Assembly (NCBI GenBank): GCA_036388355.1
Contig: DASVRZ010000079.1
Location: 17 to 64,016, forward strand
DNA: 64,000 nucleotides
Source: Chthoniobacterales bacterium
Lineage (GTDB): Bacteria > Verrucomicrobiota > Verrucomicrobiia > Chthoniobacterales > DASVRZ01
Reading direction: 5' to 3'
The notes under the pieces are model-generated. The model saw nothing but the letters and a program-made list of their open reading frames with translations, did not search any database and was not told where the DNA came from. The translations under genes were made by a program, and so were the position numbers. How positions within the stretch are numbered: position 1 is the first letter of the stretch; each line of letters begins with the position of its first letter. This document shows positions 1 through 13,955 of the stretch, in pieces.

Positions 1-1098
1 CATTGACCAGCGTATGTCCGCTCAAGTTTGCGGTGCTAAATTGATCATTAATGGACATCGTCCCGGCGCTCCCCACGTAGGTCGTGCCACTCCCTGTCAG
101 CGTCCCTGCCCAGTTGCCGGCGCCGTTGAAGGTGAGTGATCCCTGGTTAGTGGTTGTGCCGGCGATGCGTACCACTCCCGCCCCTGTCGTCACCACCGTG
201 CCCCTCACCTCGCCATATTGAAAAGAGGCCACCGCGCCACTCGCCACGTCAAACTCACTCCCAACTTCTCCGGTGTAGATCCCGTTAAAATCCGTATATC
301 CGCCGCTCACTTCCACCCTCCCGGCGTTGGTAAATGCAGCACTAATACCTGCCCAACTGGTGCCAGCTTTGCTGAATGTGCCTTCGTTTCTAAAAACATT
401 ACTCCCCAACCCCGAGGCACTGATCTGTGAGGATGAACTTCCTACTAGATTAAACTGACCCTTGTTTACCAGTGTCGCGCCGTTACCTAAATCCAATCGG
501 GAGGTATAAAACTGATTCGGCCCTGTAGCTCCTATATTGACGACCCCATCATTGACCAGCGTATGTCCGCTCAAGTTTGCGGTGCTAAATTGATCACTAA
601 TGGACATCGTCCCGGCGCTCCCCACATAGGTCGTGCCACTCCCTGTCAGCGTCCCTGCCCAGTTGCTGGCGCCGTTGAAGGTGAGTGATCCCTGGTTAGT
701 GGTTGTGCCGGCGATGCGTACCACTCCCGCCCCTGTCGTCACCACTGTGCCCCTCACCTCGCCATATTGGAAAGTGGCCACCGCGCCACTCGCCACATCA
801 AACTCGCTCCCGGTCTCTCCGGTGAAGATCCCGCTAAAGTCCGTATTCCCACCGCTCACTTCCACCCGCCCCGCATTCGTAAATGCAGCACTTACACCAA
901 CCCAGCCCGCTCCCGCTTTTCTGAAAATCCCTTCGTTCACAAGAACGCCGGTCCCCATCGCAGAACCCCTGATTTGCGCAGATGAATTTCCACCGGCATT
1001 GAACAGCCCCTCGTTCACCAGCGTTGCTCCGGCGTTCAGAACTATAGTGTCTAGCAAAGTGACGGACCCAACGGTGATGCTGGTACTGACGATAGCCG
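1..1098 (-). repeat. Tandem 549-bp (183-codon) intragenic repeat, two copies
   Basis: The sequence starting at 1 (cattgaccagcgtatgtccgctcaagtttgcggtgctaaattgatca...) recurs from 550. The first ~260 nt differ at only a handful of positions. The rest of each unit is diverged but colinear at protein level. Confidence 0.85.
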
Positions 1099-1261
1099 TA
1101 CTGCCACTACCGATATCTGCCGCTTCAACGGACGAGTCAGGAACGTCCGAAGGGGCCCACTTACCCGCGTCCTCCCAATTTCCCTCGCCTCCAATCCAGG
1201 TAGCGGCCTGAGCCGGAAGCAACGAGAGGGAGGTTAGCAGGAAAACGGATCGTAACAGCAT
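1..1261 (-). CDS. Secreted large repeat protein, N-terminal part (the gene runs off the left edge); resembles autotransporter-associated beta-strand repeat proteins
   Basis: Absent from the ORF track because it has no stop codon in the window. The minus frame is open from ATG 1261..1259 to position 1. It begins MLLRSVFLLTSLSLLPAQA/ATWIGGEGNWEDAGKW, a signal peptide. G/T/N/S-rich units follow (..TNAGRVEVSGG.TDF.GI.TGE.GSEFDVASGAVA.FQYGEVRGTVVTTGAGVVRIAGTTTNQGSLTFNGA.NWAGTLTGSGTTYVGSAGTMSI.DQFSTANLSGHTLVN). Plus-strand ORFs 218..430, 633..1211 and 767..985 are its shadows. Confidence 0.8.
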   Translation of the reverse strand, partial: MLLRSVFLLTSLSLLPAQAATWIGGEGNWEDAGKWAPSDVPDSSVEAADIGSGSTAIVSTSITVGSVTLLDTIVLNAGATLVNEGLFNAGGNSSAQIRGSAMGTGVLVNEGIFRKAGAGWVGVSAAFTNAGRVEVSGGNTDFSGIFTGETGSEFDVASGAVATFQYGEVRGTVVTTGAGVVRIAGTTTNQGSLTFNGASNWAGTLTGSGTTYVGSAGTMSISDQFSTANLSGHTLVNDGVVNIGATGPNQFYTSRLDLGNGATLVNKGQFNLVGSSSSQISASGLGSNVFRNEGTFSKAGTSWAGISAAFTNAGRVEVSGGYTDFNGIYTGEVGSEFDVASGAVASFQYGEVRGTVVTTGAGVVRIAGTTTNQGSLTFNGAGNWAGTLTGSGTTYVGSAGTMSINDQFSTANLSGHTLVN

Positions 1262-1266
1262 AACGT

Positions 1267-1287
1267 GACCCGCAAATGAAGCGGGTC
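1267..1287 (-). other. Intergenic hairpin between aspS stop and the repeat-protein start
   Basis: GACCCGC-aaatgaa-GCGGGTC, a 7-bp stem. No clear U-tract, so terminator function is uncertain. Confidence 0.3.
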
Positions 1288-1297
1288 GCGTGCCATG

Positions 1298-3085
<1,788 letters not shown>

Positions 3086-3192
3086 GGGAGGGGCACCATA
3101 TCGAAAATCGCAGGCATGTGAAGCACGCATTCTTTCCGAAGGATGATGCGAGATGCGGAATTGCCGTTTGTTTAGCCGGCTTTCGGCAGCGT

Positions 3193-5031
3193 CTAATCCA
3201 CGGATTTGGACGCCTTGGGCGCGCTCGCGGCGGCCAGTCTCTTCGCTTTATAGAGCGCCGCCTTCTGATTGTATTTTGCGACGGCAGAAGCGTTTGCCGT
3301 GTCGAGAGCAGCCCGCTCTTTCTTCAGTTCGTTGAACATTTTCAACAACTCCCGGTCTCGGCTTGCTTTGGCTGGCGAAGGCTCCGCTGTTGCCGATTTT
3401 GAGGGTCCGCCGAGGAGCGTCGCGCCTGCTGTTTTCACGGCAAACGCTTTGCGTTGTTTCTCGTAGGAAGCCACCCGTTGCTTGAAGTGATAACGGGCTG
3501 TCGGGTGATCGCGCCGCAAGAGTCTTTGTTCCTGCCTGAGTTCTTCGGCCCACCCGAGCAACCAATTTTTATCTCCCGCTTGCAAGGATTCCGTCTGCGT
3601 CTTCGGCCCGACTTGTGTGACCTCTAGAAACGCCACTCGGTGCTCCGTGGTGCCGGTGACCAGCTCGAGCGCGTCCAGCGGAGACATCGAAGGCACGGCC
3701 GATTTCCATACCTTGAATGACGCCATCGGCATGAAGGTGTTGCCAGCCCAGCCAAGGGTGTTCCAGAGAACCATCGCCACGACAAGGAAACCGACGGCGC
3801 GCTCGTTGGTAATCTGAAATCGCTCAGCAGCCACTTTGCACCAGCGGGCCAGCAAGGAGATGAAGGAAACAGCGAGAACTCCCATCCATAAACGAGAGCC
3901 GAGGCCACGGACCAAAACAGCGCTCATCCAGACGAGAGGGAGGTAATAAAGCAGGGACACCAGCAGGAACAGAAGGACGCTGCGAAAGGTGCGGACCTGC
4001 TTGCCGATGATCCAGCAGGTTGAGTAGATAGCCAACAGCGCAGCGATCAACCCGATCAGGGCTCTCTGCATGATGTAGCTTCCGAAGCTGTCTGCGACCT
4101 CCACATCCACGGAAGGTGTGGTCGTTTTTCCATCAGACGTGGAACTCACCTCGGTCCACTTGAATCGGAAAGTGACGGCATCCGAAGCGTGCTTCTGTGC
4201 AAAGGAAAAGGGCATTTTTGCGTAGCCGAAGTCGCCCCAGTTCATGCCCCAGCTATTGCGCAGGAGGAAATGACCTTGCATCGGATTGGTCGGGGATAGC
4301 TCGTAACCGGTGAGGACGATCATATGGAAGCCACTCATGGGAGCTTCTTGCAGTTCGTTATTCTGATTAAGCGCACGTTCCGGATCCGCCCATTCCGAGG
4401 CGAGACAAACAGGCTGGTTTTTAGCGAGCGTTTTGCAGATTCGGAAGATTTCCTCCGGTGTCTGACCAATTCTGCCGCTCGATTGGACGACGTGCTCCGT
4501 GACGACCGCTGGCATTTTCCTGGCATCTTCGATCGCTAGATCTGTCGGCTCGATGATGATATCACTGCTCTTATACGGCATCGCTTCCTCGCTACAGACT
4601 TTGTAGAGATGGAATGCCATGGCTAACTGCGGAATGGTGAGCCCCAGGTGAGGAGTCCCTCCCGCTTTCTGGGCGGCCCAGAGCGTGTATTGCTCTGAGA
4701 TGTCGATGTCGTTGCCCAGGCGTCGTTGTTGGAATTCCAGGACGCTGGTTGCAGAAAAGGCGGCACACGAATTCCGAGATCCCTGCTGCACGAAGTTCAA
4801 CTGTAAATCCTCCATCTCCCGCCGCATGTCCACCTTCGGGGGAAGCGATGCCCAATCCAATTGCTCAACAGGGATTCCGCCGGTTTTTACTCCGGGAAGT
4901 AAATTTCTGAAATGGAAGAGGTTTTCGGTCACCGGGTCTAGGGCGAGACCGGTTTGCGCCAGGTGCAAGAACGCGGCGATCCCCACGAGAAGCGTTCTCG
5001 TCATGCGCGAGAGAAGGAAATCGAAGCTCAT
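3193..5031 (-). CDS. Membrane-anchored papain-like (C1 family) cysteine peptidase with multi-pass TM region and basic C-terminal tail
   Basis: Catalytic signature QGSRNSCAAFS (Gln + Cys), FHMIVLTGYE (His), LLRNSWGMNWGDFGY (Asn-Ser-Trp-Gly). About four hydrophobic helices follow (IGLIAALLAIYSTCWII, VLLFLLVSLLYYLPLVWMSAVLV, LWMGVLAVSFISLLA, VGFLVVAMVLWNTLGWA). The tail is K/A-rich. Start placed at ATG 5031 (MSFDFLLSRMTRTLLVGIAAFLHLAQTGLA). The longer track ORF (to 5106) would run into the groEL terminator hairpin. Confidence 0.75.
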   Translation of the reverse strand: MSFDFLLSRMTRTLLVGIAAFLHLAQTGLALDPVTENLFHFRNLLPGVKTGGIPVEQLDWASLPPKVDMRREMEDLQLNFVQQGSRNSCAAFSATSVLEFQQRRLGNDIDISEQYTLWAAQKAGGTPHLGLTIPQLAMAFHLYKVCSEEAMPYKSSDIIIEPTDLAIEDARKMPAVVTEHVVQSSGRIGQTPEEIFRICKTLAKNQPVCLASEWADPERALNQNNELQEAPMSGFHMIVLTGYELSPTNPMQGHFLLRNSWGMNWGDFGYAKMPFSFAQKHASDAVTFRFKWTEVSSTSDGKTTTPSVDVEVADSFGSYIMQRALIGLIAALLAIYSTCWIIGKQVRTFRSVLLFLLVSLLYYLPLVWMSAVLVRGLGSRLWMGVLAVSFISLLARWCKVAAERFQITNERAVGFLVVAMVLWNTLGWAGNTFMPMASFKVWKSAVPSMSPLDALELVTGTTEHRVAFLEVTQVGPKTQTESLQAGDKNWLLGWAEELRQEQRLLRRDHPTARYHFKQRVASYEKQRKAFAVKTAGATLLGGPSKSATAEPSPAKASRDRELLKMFNELKKERAALDTANASAVAKYNQKAALYKAKRLAAASAPKASKSVD

Positions 5032-5099
5032 TTGCGAGCACTCCTGAAGCAGGTTCGACGCCAGCAGCGTTCTGTAACTTCTGGCGGAAAAACTATACA

Positions 5100-5137
5100 G
5101 AAACAAAACAGCCGGACCTCTTGCGAGATCCGGCTGT
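5100..5137 (-). terminator. Rho-independent terminator downstream of groEL
   Basis: Minus strand: ACAGCCGGA-tctcgcaagagg-TCCGGCTGT followed by TTTGTTTC. Confidence 0.7.
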
Positions 5138-5175
5138 TTGAAGTTTGGCTTTGTTTGGTTAGCTGAGAGCTGGAC

Positions 5176-6834
<1,659 letters not shown>

Positions 6835-6854
6835 TTATTTGGGTTGGTTAAGTG

Positions 6855-7148
6855 TTAGCCAATGATGCCGAGGATGTCGTCCTCACGCATGATGAGATAG
6901 TTTTCGCCATCGATTTTGATCTCGGTGCCGCCGTATTTGCTGATGAGAACTTTGTCGCCGACTTTGACGGTGAATTCAGATTTGATACCGTCTTCATTGG
7001 TTCTACCAGTGCCGAGGGCCACGATGGTGCCTTCCTGTGGTTTTTCTTTAGCGGTGTCAGGAATGATGATTCCGCCTTTTTTCACTTCTTTTTCTTCGAG
7101 CGGCTGCACGATGACGCGGTCGCTGAGTGGTTTTACGTTAATTGCCAT
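6855..7148 (-). CDS. groES: Co-chaperonin GroES (Cpn10)
   Basis: [49 protein letters not shown]... Start moved to internal ATG 7148; the track ORF adds 16 codons. Confidence 0.95.
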   Translation of the reverse strand: MAINVKPLSDRVIVQPLEEKEVKKGGIIIPDTAKEKPQEGTIVALGTGRTNEDGIKSEFTVKVGDKVLISKYGGTEIKIDGENYLIMREDDILGIIG

Positions 7149-7198
7149 ACTAGGATTATTTTTCCGTGTGTGTTTGTTTTGTGGTTTGTCTAACAAGA

Positions 7199-7226
7199 CC
7201 GTGCAACCGGGTTAGCGCTTGCACGG
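7199..7226 (-). other. Hairpin between dnaK stop and groES
   Basis: CCGTGCAA-12 nt-TTGCACGG. The U-tract is weak (tcttgtt). Possible attenuator or weak terminator. Confidence 0.3.
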
Positions 7227-7242
7227 CCGAAGTTAGATAAAA

Positions 7243-9234
<1,992 letters not shown>

Positions 9235-9353
9235 TTACATAACTCCCTCGCCTTTAACCACTTGCGACATATCCCAACTTGACCTTTCGAGCTGAATAGC
9301 GCCATGTTGACACACTGCGCCACATCGTTTGGCTCAAGTCTCCGGGATCTGGT

Positions 9354-9392
9354 CACGAAAAAAGCCAGTCTTCCCGATAGAAAACTGGCTTT
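9354..9392 (-). terminator. Rho-independent terminator after the thioredoxin-fold gene
   Basis: Minus strand: AAAGCCAGT-tttctatcgggaag-ACTGGCTTT followed by TTTCG. Confidence 0.65.
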
Positions 9393-9410
9393 GCTTCAAG
9401 TCTGGTGGTC

Positions 9411-9647
9411 TTACCTCAAGACGCTCAGATCAGCTCCGAAGTTGATGTGATACGGCAAGTCACCAACTACAAGGGCCGGCACGGATTTGACTCCGGCTGA
9501 TTCGGCTTCGGGAACCCGGCTTTTTTGTTCACCGAGGTGGACGATCTCGACATCGAAACGCTGTGGATCGAGTGCGGCAGCGAGATTGTGTTCGGCAGAA
9601 ATGCAGACGGGGCATCCGGCATGGTAGAATGTGGCTTTTGTTTTCAT
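9411..9647 (-). CDS. Small thioredoxin-fold / glutaredoxin-like protein
   Basis: 78 aa, N-terminal FYHAGCPVC (CxxC redox motif) and ...VKSVPALVV... typical of single-domain thioredoxin-like proteins. Confidence 0.7.
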   Translation of the reverse strand: MKTKATFYHAGCPVCISAEHNLAAALDPQRFDVEIVHLGEQKSRVPEAESAGVKSVPALVVGDLPYHINFGADLSVLR

Positions 9648-9672
9648 GTGTAGTTTCTAGTTTTCAGTTGAT

Positions 9673-9691
9673 GAGAGGCGTATCGCCTCTC
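9673..9691. promoter_or_regulatory. Perfect 8-bp inverted repeat in the divergent promoter region (candidate operator)
   Basis: GAGAGGCG-tat-CGCCTCTC lies between the divergent thioredoxin-like gene and hxlR. A nearby direct repeat GTGAGCA..GTGAGCA is at ~9728-9750. Confidence 0.25.
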
Positions 9692-9801
9692 GTCTTCAGC
9701 ATTGCTCTGGGTGAATAGCCGGGAAAGTGAGCACCTTTCAGTGAGCAGGCACCGTTTTGTGCCCATGCGGATTTTCTACGGTTTGTGCTATTTTCCGTCC
9801 G

Positions 9802-10143
9802 ATGAATGCAAAGTATCTGACCGTGAAAGAGCGCAACAGCTACCGCAGTCTTGAAGACGTCATCGGCTGTAAATGGTCGGCTGGGGTCGTAGCCGCTCTA
9901 GGCAAGGGTGTGCATCGTCCGGGAGAACTGGAGCGATTCATCCCTGGCATTTCGACGAAAGTGCTTATGGAACGCCTCCGCAAGCTGCTCGAATATGAAC
10001 TCATAACCCGCACGGAACTCCCAGGGCAGGTGCTGCATGTTGAGTATCATCTTACCTCAGTAGGTCAGCGACTGGCTGGAGTCATCGAACAGATCCAAGC
10101 GCTCGGAGCCGAACACGTCGCGAACAATCACAAAGCTTTGTGA
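9802..10143 (+). CDS. HxlR-family (MarR-like winged helix) transcriptional regulator
   Basis: SLEDVIGCKWSAGVVAALGKGVHRPGELERFIPGISTKVLMERLRKLLEYELITRTE...VEYHLTSVGQRL. Start moved to ATG 9802. Confidence 0.85.
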   Translation: MNAKYLTVKERNSYRSLEDVIGCKWSAGVVAALGKGVHRPGELERFIPGISTKVLMERLRKLLEYELITRTELPGQVLHVEYHLTSVGQRLAGVIEQIQALGAEHVANNHKAL

Positions 10144-10847
10144 AGTTACTCAGCATCCAGGTCGGACTGCCGCGGAGTTATGGAAACGAAAATGCAGAGA
10201 ATGCGCATGATCGCCTCTGGACCACCGGCTTTTACAAAGAACCAGTAGGAGGTCCGGTCTTTGCGGGTTACACGCATCTGGAGGGCGATGGACAAGCCGA
10301 TTTGCAGAATCACGGAGGTCCCGATAAAGCCATCAACGCTTATCCGCAGGACTATTTTGCGGCTTGGGAAGCGGAACTCGGCATCTCCATACCCCATGGA
10401 GCTTTTGGAGAAAACCTCACAACGTCGGGCTTGGTAGAAACGGAGGTTTGTGTAGGCGATGCGTTTCGGCTCGGTGAGTCAATTCTACAAATCTCGCAGC
10501 CGCGCCAACCTTGCTGGAAACTGGCACGGCGCTGGAGGATAAAAGACCTCGCGGCTCGTGTCGAAAAAACGGGACGGACTGGCTGGTATTTTCGCGTGTT
10601 AACCGAAGGCGAGATCGACGCACCGGCTAATTTTTTCCTGCTCGAGAGGCGGCATCCCGAATGGACAATTGCTGCCGCGAACGAAGTGATGCACCACCGG
10701 CCAACGGACTGGGAAGCGGCACGACTCCTCGCCGCGTGCCCGGCCCTTTCGGAAAGCTGGAGAAAGAGTTTATCCCGCCGCGCCACCAGCCAATCGGCAG
10801 CAGACTCCCAGACCCGGCTTGAAGCCCCTAACTACCGGTATCCATGA
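10140..10847 (+). CDS. MOSC domain-containing protein (YiiM-like)
   Basis: GTG start overlaps the hxlR stop (GTGA). MKLLSIQVGLPRSYG...LEGDGQADLQNHGGPDKAINAYP...GENLTTSGL...LQISQPRQPCWKLARRW...TGRTGWYFRVLTEGEI. Confidence 0.85.
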   Translation: MKLLSIQVGLPRSYGNENAENAHDRLWTTGFYKEPVGGPVFAGYTHLEGDGQADLQNHGGPDKAINAYPQDYFAAWEAELGISIPHGAFGENLTTSGLVETEVCVGDAFRLGESILQISQPRQPCWKLARRWRIKDLAARVEKTGRTGWYFRVLTEGEIDAPANFFLLERRHPEWTIAAANEVMHHRPTDWEAARLLAACPALSESWRKSLSRRATSQSAADSQTRLEAPNYRYP

Positions 10848-11823
10848 TCTGCTGAAGCTTTCTGGTGGACTCTTTCGCCGCCGAAATGATGTTCCAGGCG
10901 AGAAAACCCACGATGATCAGGTAAATGATCTTCGGCATCCAATCTCCCACGGCTTCGATTCCGCGGAGTGCTTTGGCTTCATATTCACTGGCTGATCGCA
11001 GGAGCTCCGTGTCGAGGCTGCCGGTTTGTTCTCCAATGACGAGGCTGCGGACTAATTCCGACGGCAGCACATCGAGCTTCGCGAGCTCGGGGCCAACGGC
11101 TTCCCCCGCCCTGATTTGAGGGAGAGTGCGGCGGATGCCTCGGGCGATCCGCGCGCTGGCGGAGGCTCGCGCAGCCGTGTCGAGGCTGTCCATCACGTTC
11201 ACGCCAGCATCGAGCTGCATCTGATAGGTGGTGCAAAACCGGGAGAGCGCCAGAGACCGGCGAATCCCTCCAAAGAGCGGCAGCATTCCTAACAACCCAT
11301 CAAGAGTGGTTGAATGAACCGCTAGTTTAATGATCATGCGGGAAAGGATCAACAACCCGAAGCTCACAAAATAGAACGAGCCCAATTGCCACGCGATGTC
11401 GGCGAGAATTTCCGGCGGCGATCCTCCTTGAAAAAACCTCGGGACCGATAGCAACACGATCCCGAAGTGCAGCATGAAAAACGGGTAAAGCGCCTTGCGA
11501 ATAATCTGGCCGCGTACCGCATCTAGCTGCGCGTAATAGCGGCTTAGGAAATCGCAGCCACGCTGCATCTGGCCGCTCCGTTCACAAGCCGAAATGAGCG
11601 CGACCTCCATTTCGGAGAAAGGCATTCCATATGCGGAAAAGCTCTCCGTGATATTAGCATCGTCCAACGCATACGACTGAAACTTCTTCAGAATCCTCCG
11701 CGTGGTGGAGCGGGGCCGCGCCGAAAGCATCGTCTCGATCGACCGCAAAAACGGAAAGCCCGCCGTGAGCAGCTTCCCGAGTTCATCATAAAATCGACTG
11801 CGTTCTGAGAGGGACAAGTTCAT
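10828..11823 (-). CDS. Type II secretion / type IV pilus platform protein, GspF/PilC family (orphan)
   Basis: Two T2SS-F-type repeats (..FSEMEVALISACERSGQMQRGCDFLSRYY.. and ..LPSELVRSLVIGEQTGSLDTELLRSASEY..) separated by TM helices. No cognate ATPase or pseudopilin genes are adjacent. Confidence 0.7.
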   Translation of the reverse strand: MNLSLSERSRFYDELGKLLTAGFPFLRSIETMLSARPRSTTRRILKKFQSYALDDANITESFSAYGMPFSEMEVALISACERSGQMQRGCDFLSRYYAQLDAVRGQIIRKALYPFFMLHFGIVLLSVPRFFQGGSPPEILADIAWQLGSFYFVSFGLLILSRMIIKLAVHSTTLDGLLGMLPLFGGIRRSLALSRFCTTYQMQLDAGVNVMDSLDTAARASASARIARGIRRTLPQIRAGEAVGPELAKLDVLPSELVRSLVIGEQTGSLDTELLRSASEYEAKALRGIEAVGDWMPKIIYLIIVGFLAWNIISAAKESTRKLQQIMDTGS

Positions 11824-11856
11824 TGGAAATCTTTCCCTGGTCTTCCAGCCCCGCGG

Positions 11857-12630
11857 TTACCGAATGATGCCGCGCTGGCTCGTCGTCACGAAGTCGATGA
11901 GCAAACGCCCCTCAACGGTGTGACCCAGCTTTTTATCCATCTCAGCGACGGCTTGTTTCACGTTCAGGTTCGAGCGGTAAAGAATGCGATAGGATTCCTT
12001 GAGCGTCTTAAGCTGCTCCGGAGTGTAGCCGCGGCGTTCGAGGCCGACACTATTCACCCCGCGAATCTCCGCGGGATTACCGTCGGCAATGAAAAACGGA
12101 GGCACATCCTGGACGATCTTCGAGCAGCCACCGGTGATCGCGTGTGCGCCAATCCGGCAGAACTGATGAATCGCCGTCAGCCCGCCAATGTTAGCGTAGT
12201 CACCGACTTCCACATGGCCTGCGACAGTGCCGTTGTTAGAAAAGATCACGTGATTTCCCACGATGCAATCATGGGCAATATGACTGTAGCTCAGGAAATT
12301 GCCGTCGCTGCCCACTTTCGTCATCTGCCCGGCCGCCGTGGCGCGATGCACCGTGCTGAATTCCCGAAAAGTATTCCGATTGCCAATCTCCAGATAGGTC
12401 GGCTCCGCCAGATACTTCAGATCTTGGGACCGCTGGCCGATGCAGGCGTAGGAGTAAAACTGATTCCCGTCACCAATCTTGCTCGGCCCGAGAATCGTGA
12501 CGTGATGTTGCAGCCAGCAATTGTCGCCGACGCTAACATTGTCACCAATGATGCAATACGGCCCGATCTCCGTCCCCTCGCCTATGGTGGCGGACGGACT
12601 AACAATCGCGGTGGGGTGAATCTGCGCCAT
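11857..12630 (-). CDS. lpxA: Acyl-ACP--UDP-N-acetylglucosamine O-acyltransferase
   Basis: MAQIHPTAIVSPSATIGEGTEIGPYCIIGDNVSVGDNCWLQHHVTI... left-handed beta-helix hexapeptide repeats, LpxA length. Confidence 0.93.
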   Translation of the reverse strand: MAQIHPTAIVSPSATIGEGTEIGPYCIIGDNVSVGDNCWLQHHVTILGPSKIGDGNQFYSYACIGQRSQDLKYLAEPTYLEIGNRNTFREFSTVHRATAAGQMTKVGSDGNFLSYSHIAHDCIVGNHVIFSNNGTVAGHVEVGDYANIGGLTAIHQFCRIGAHAITGGCSKIVQDVPPFFIADGNPAEIRGVNSVGLERRGYTPEQLKTLKESYRILYRSNLNVKQAVAEMDKKLGHTVEGRLLIDFVTTSQRGIIR

Positions 12631-12635
12631 GCGAG

Positions 12636-13955
12636 TTAGACATCGATGAAGCCGAACATCAGCTCGCCTTCGCTCACCACTTCGTTATTCACCAGGCATC
12701 GGCAGGAAGCTTTGCCGACGTTCCGCCTCGCCTTCAGCAACTCCGCTTCGATGAAAAGCGTATCGCCAGGCATAACCGGCTTCCGCCATTTCACCTTGTC
12801 CGCGCTCATGAAATAACCGATGCGCCCGTCGCCGGTGATTTTTTTCAGCAAAATACTCGCGACCTGAGCCATCGCCTCCACTTGCAAGACGCCCGGCATC
12901 ACGGGATGACCTGGAAAATGCCCTTGGAAATACGGTTCGTTGATCGTCACCGACTTCACACCCGTGCATTTCGTCTCCCCAACGAAGCTCACGATACGAT
13001 CCACCATGAGGAACGGATATCGATGCGGCAGCGTCGCCATCACTTCCTTGATGCCCATGCCTTCGTCCCCCTTCGGGATGGCCGTGGGCGGCGTGAGCGC
13101 CACGAGATCCGCCGCACGTTTGGAAATAACCTTAGCGAGCTCCGCATTCGGCCCGTGCCCAGGCCGTACCGCAATAATGTGACCGCGCAGACGCTGACCG
13201 GACAAAGCCAGGTCCCCAATAATATCGAGGATCTTATGGCGCACGAACTCCTCCTGAAACCGCAGCGGCTCCTTGCTGAGAATCGCCTCGCCGCGCACCA
13301 CGATCGCATTTTCCAGACTGCCTCCCTTGATCAACCCCTTTTCCATCAGCGGCTGAACGTCTTCGTAATAAACAAACGTCCGCGCCGAAGCGATTTCCTT
13401 CTCGTAAATGGCTGGCGTGATCTCCGTGCTGTAAAATTGGGTGAAACGCCCTTCCGGACCCACATTCGTGCAGGAAATCCGAAATTTGTCGTCCGGCACG
13501 ATGGTCAACAGCGAGCCGCTTTTCGTCTCGATATGAATCGGCTCGCGCACCCAAAATTCGCTGCGCCGCACGTCCTGCTCCACGATGCCCGCCTTCTTGA
13601 TCAGCTCCACGAACGGCCGCGCGCTGCCGTCGCCGATCGCCGGTTCGTTCGCATCCATCTCGATGAGCGCATTGTCGACGCCCATGCCGACTAGAGCGGA
13701 AAGCACGTGCTCCACCGTATGAACCTTCACATTTCCCTCGGCCAACGTCGTCGCGCGCTCGACAAATTTCACATTCTCCACCTTGGCATCGACGGTCGGC
13801 TCATCGGGCAAATCGATGCGCTTGAACTTAAATCCATGTCCCGGAGGCGCAGGTTTGATCGTCAGCGTCACCTTTTCCCCGGTGTGGAGCGAGGAGCCGG
13901 CAAGGGAGGCGCTATTGGCCAGAGTCGCTTGAAATACGGAATCGGAGGAAGGCAT
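12636..13955 (-). CDS. lpxC: Bifunctional UDP-3-O-acyl-GlcNAc deacetylase / 3-hydroxyacyl-ACP dehydratase (LpxC-FabZ fusion)
   Basis: N-terminal LpxC (HTVEHVLSALVGMGVDNALIEMDANEPAIGDGSARPFVE). C-terminal FabZ hot-dog (LPHRYPFLMVDRIVSF...GHFPGHPVMPGVLQVEAMAQV). Confidence 0.93.
   Translation of the reverse strand: MPSSDSVFQATLANSASLAGSSLHTGEKVTLTIKPAPPGHGFKFKRIDLPDEPTVDAKVENVKFVERATTLAEGNVKVHTVEHVLSALVGMGVDNALIEMDANEPAIGDGSARPFVELIKKAGIVEQDVRRSEFWVREPIHIETKSGSLLTIVPDDKFRISCTNVGPEGRFTQFYSTEITPAIYEKEIASARTFVYYEDVQPLMEKGLIKGGSLENAIVVRGEAILSKEPLRFQEEFVRHKILDIIGDLALSGQRLRGHIIAVRPGHGPNAELAKVISKRAADLVALTPPTAIPKGDEGMGIKEVMATLPHRYPFLMVDRIVSFVGETKCTGVKSVTINEPYFQGHFPGHPVMPGVLQVEAMAQVASILLKKITGDGRIGYFMSADKVKWRKPVMPGDTLFIEAELLKARRNVGKASCRCLVNNEVVSEGELMFGFIDV

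Noticed and set aside
1-1098. The 549-bp tandem repeat as a possible CRISPR or satellite
   Set aside because: The period is far too long, the repeats are coding (in-frame 183-aa units), and there is no spacer structure. No CRISPR-like short repeat-spacer array exists anywhere in the window.
633-1211. 192-aa plus ORF (and 218..430, 767..985) at the left edge
   Set aside because: Pro/Val/Thr-rich mirror of the minus-strand repeat protein, which has a signal peptide and an uninterrupted frame.
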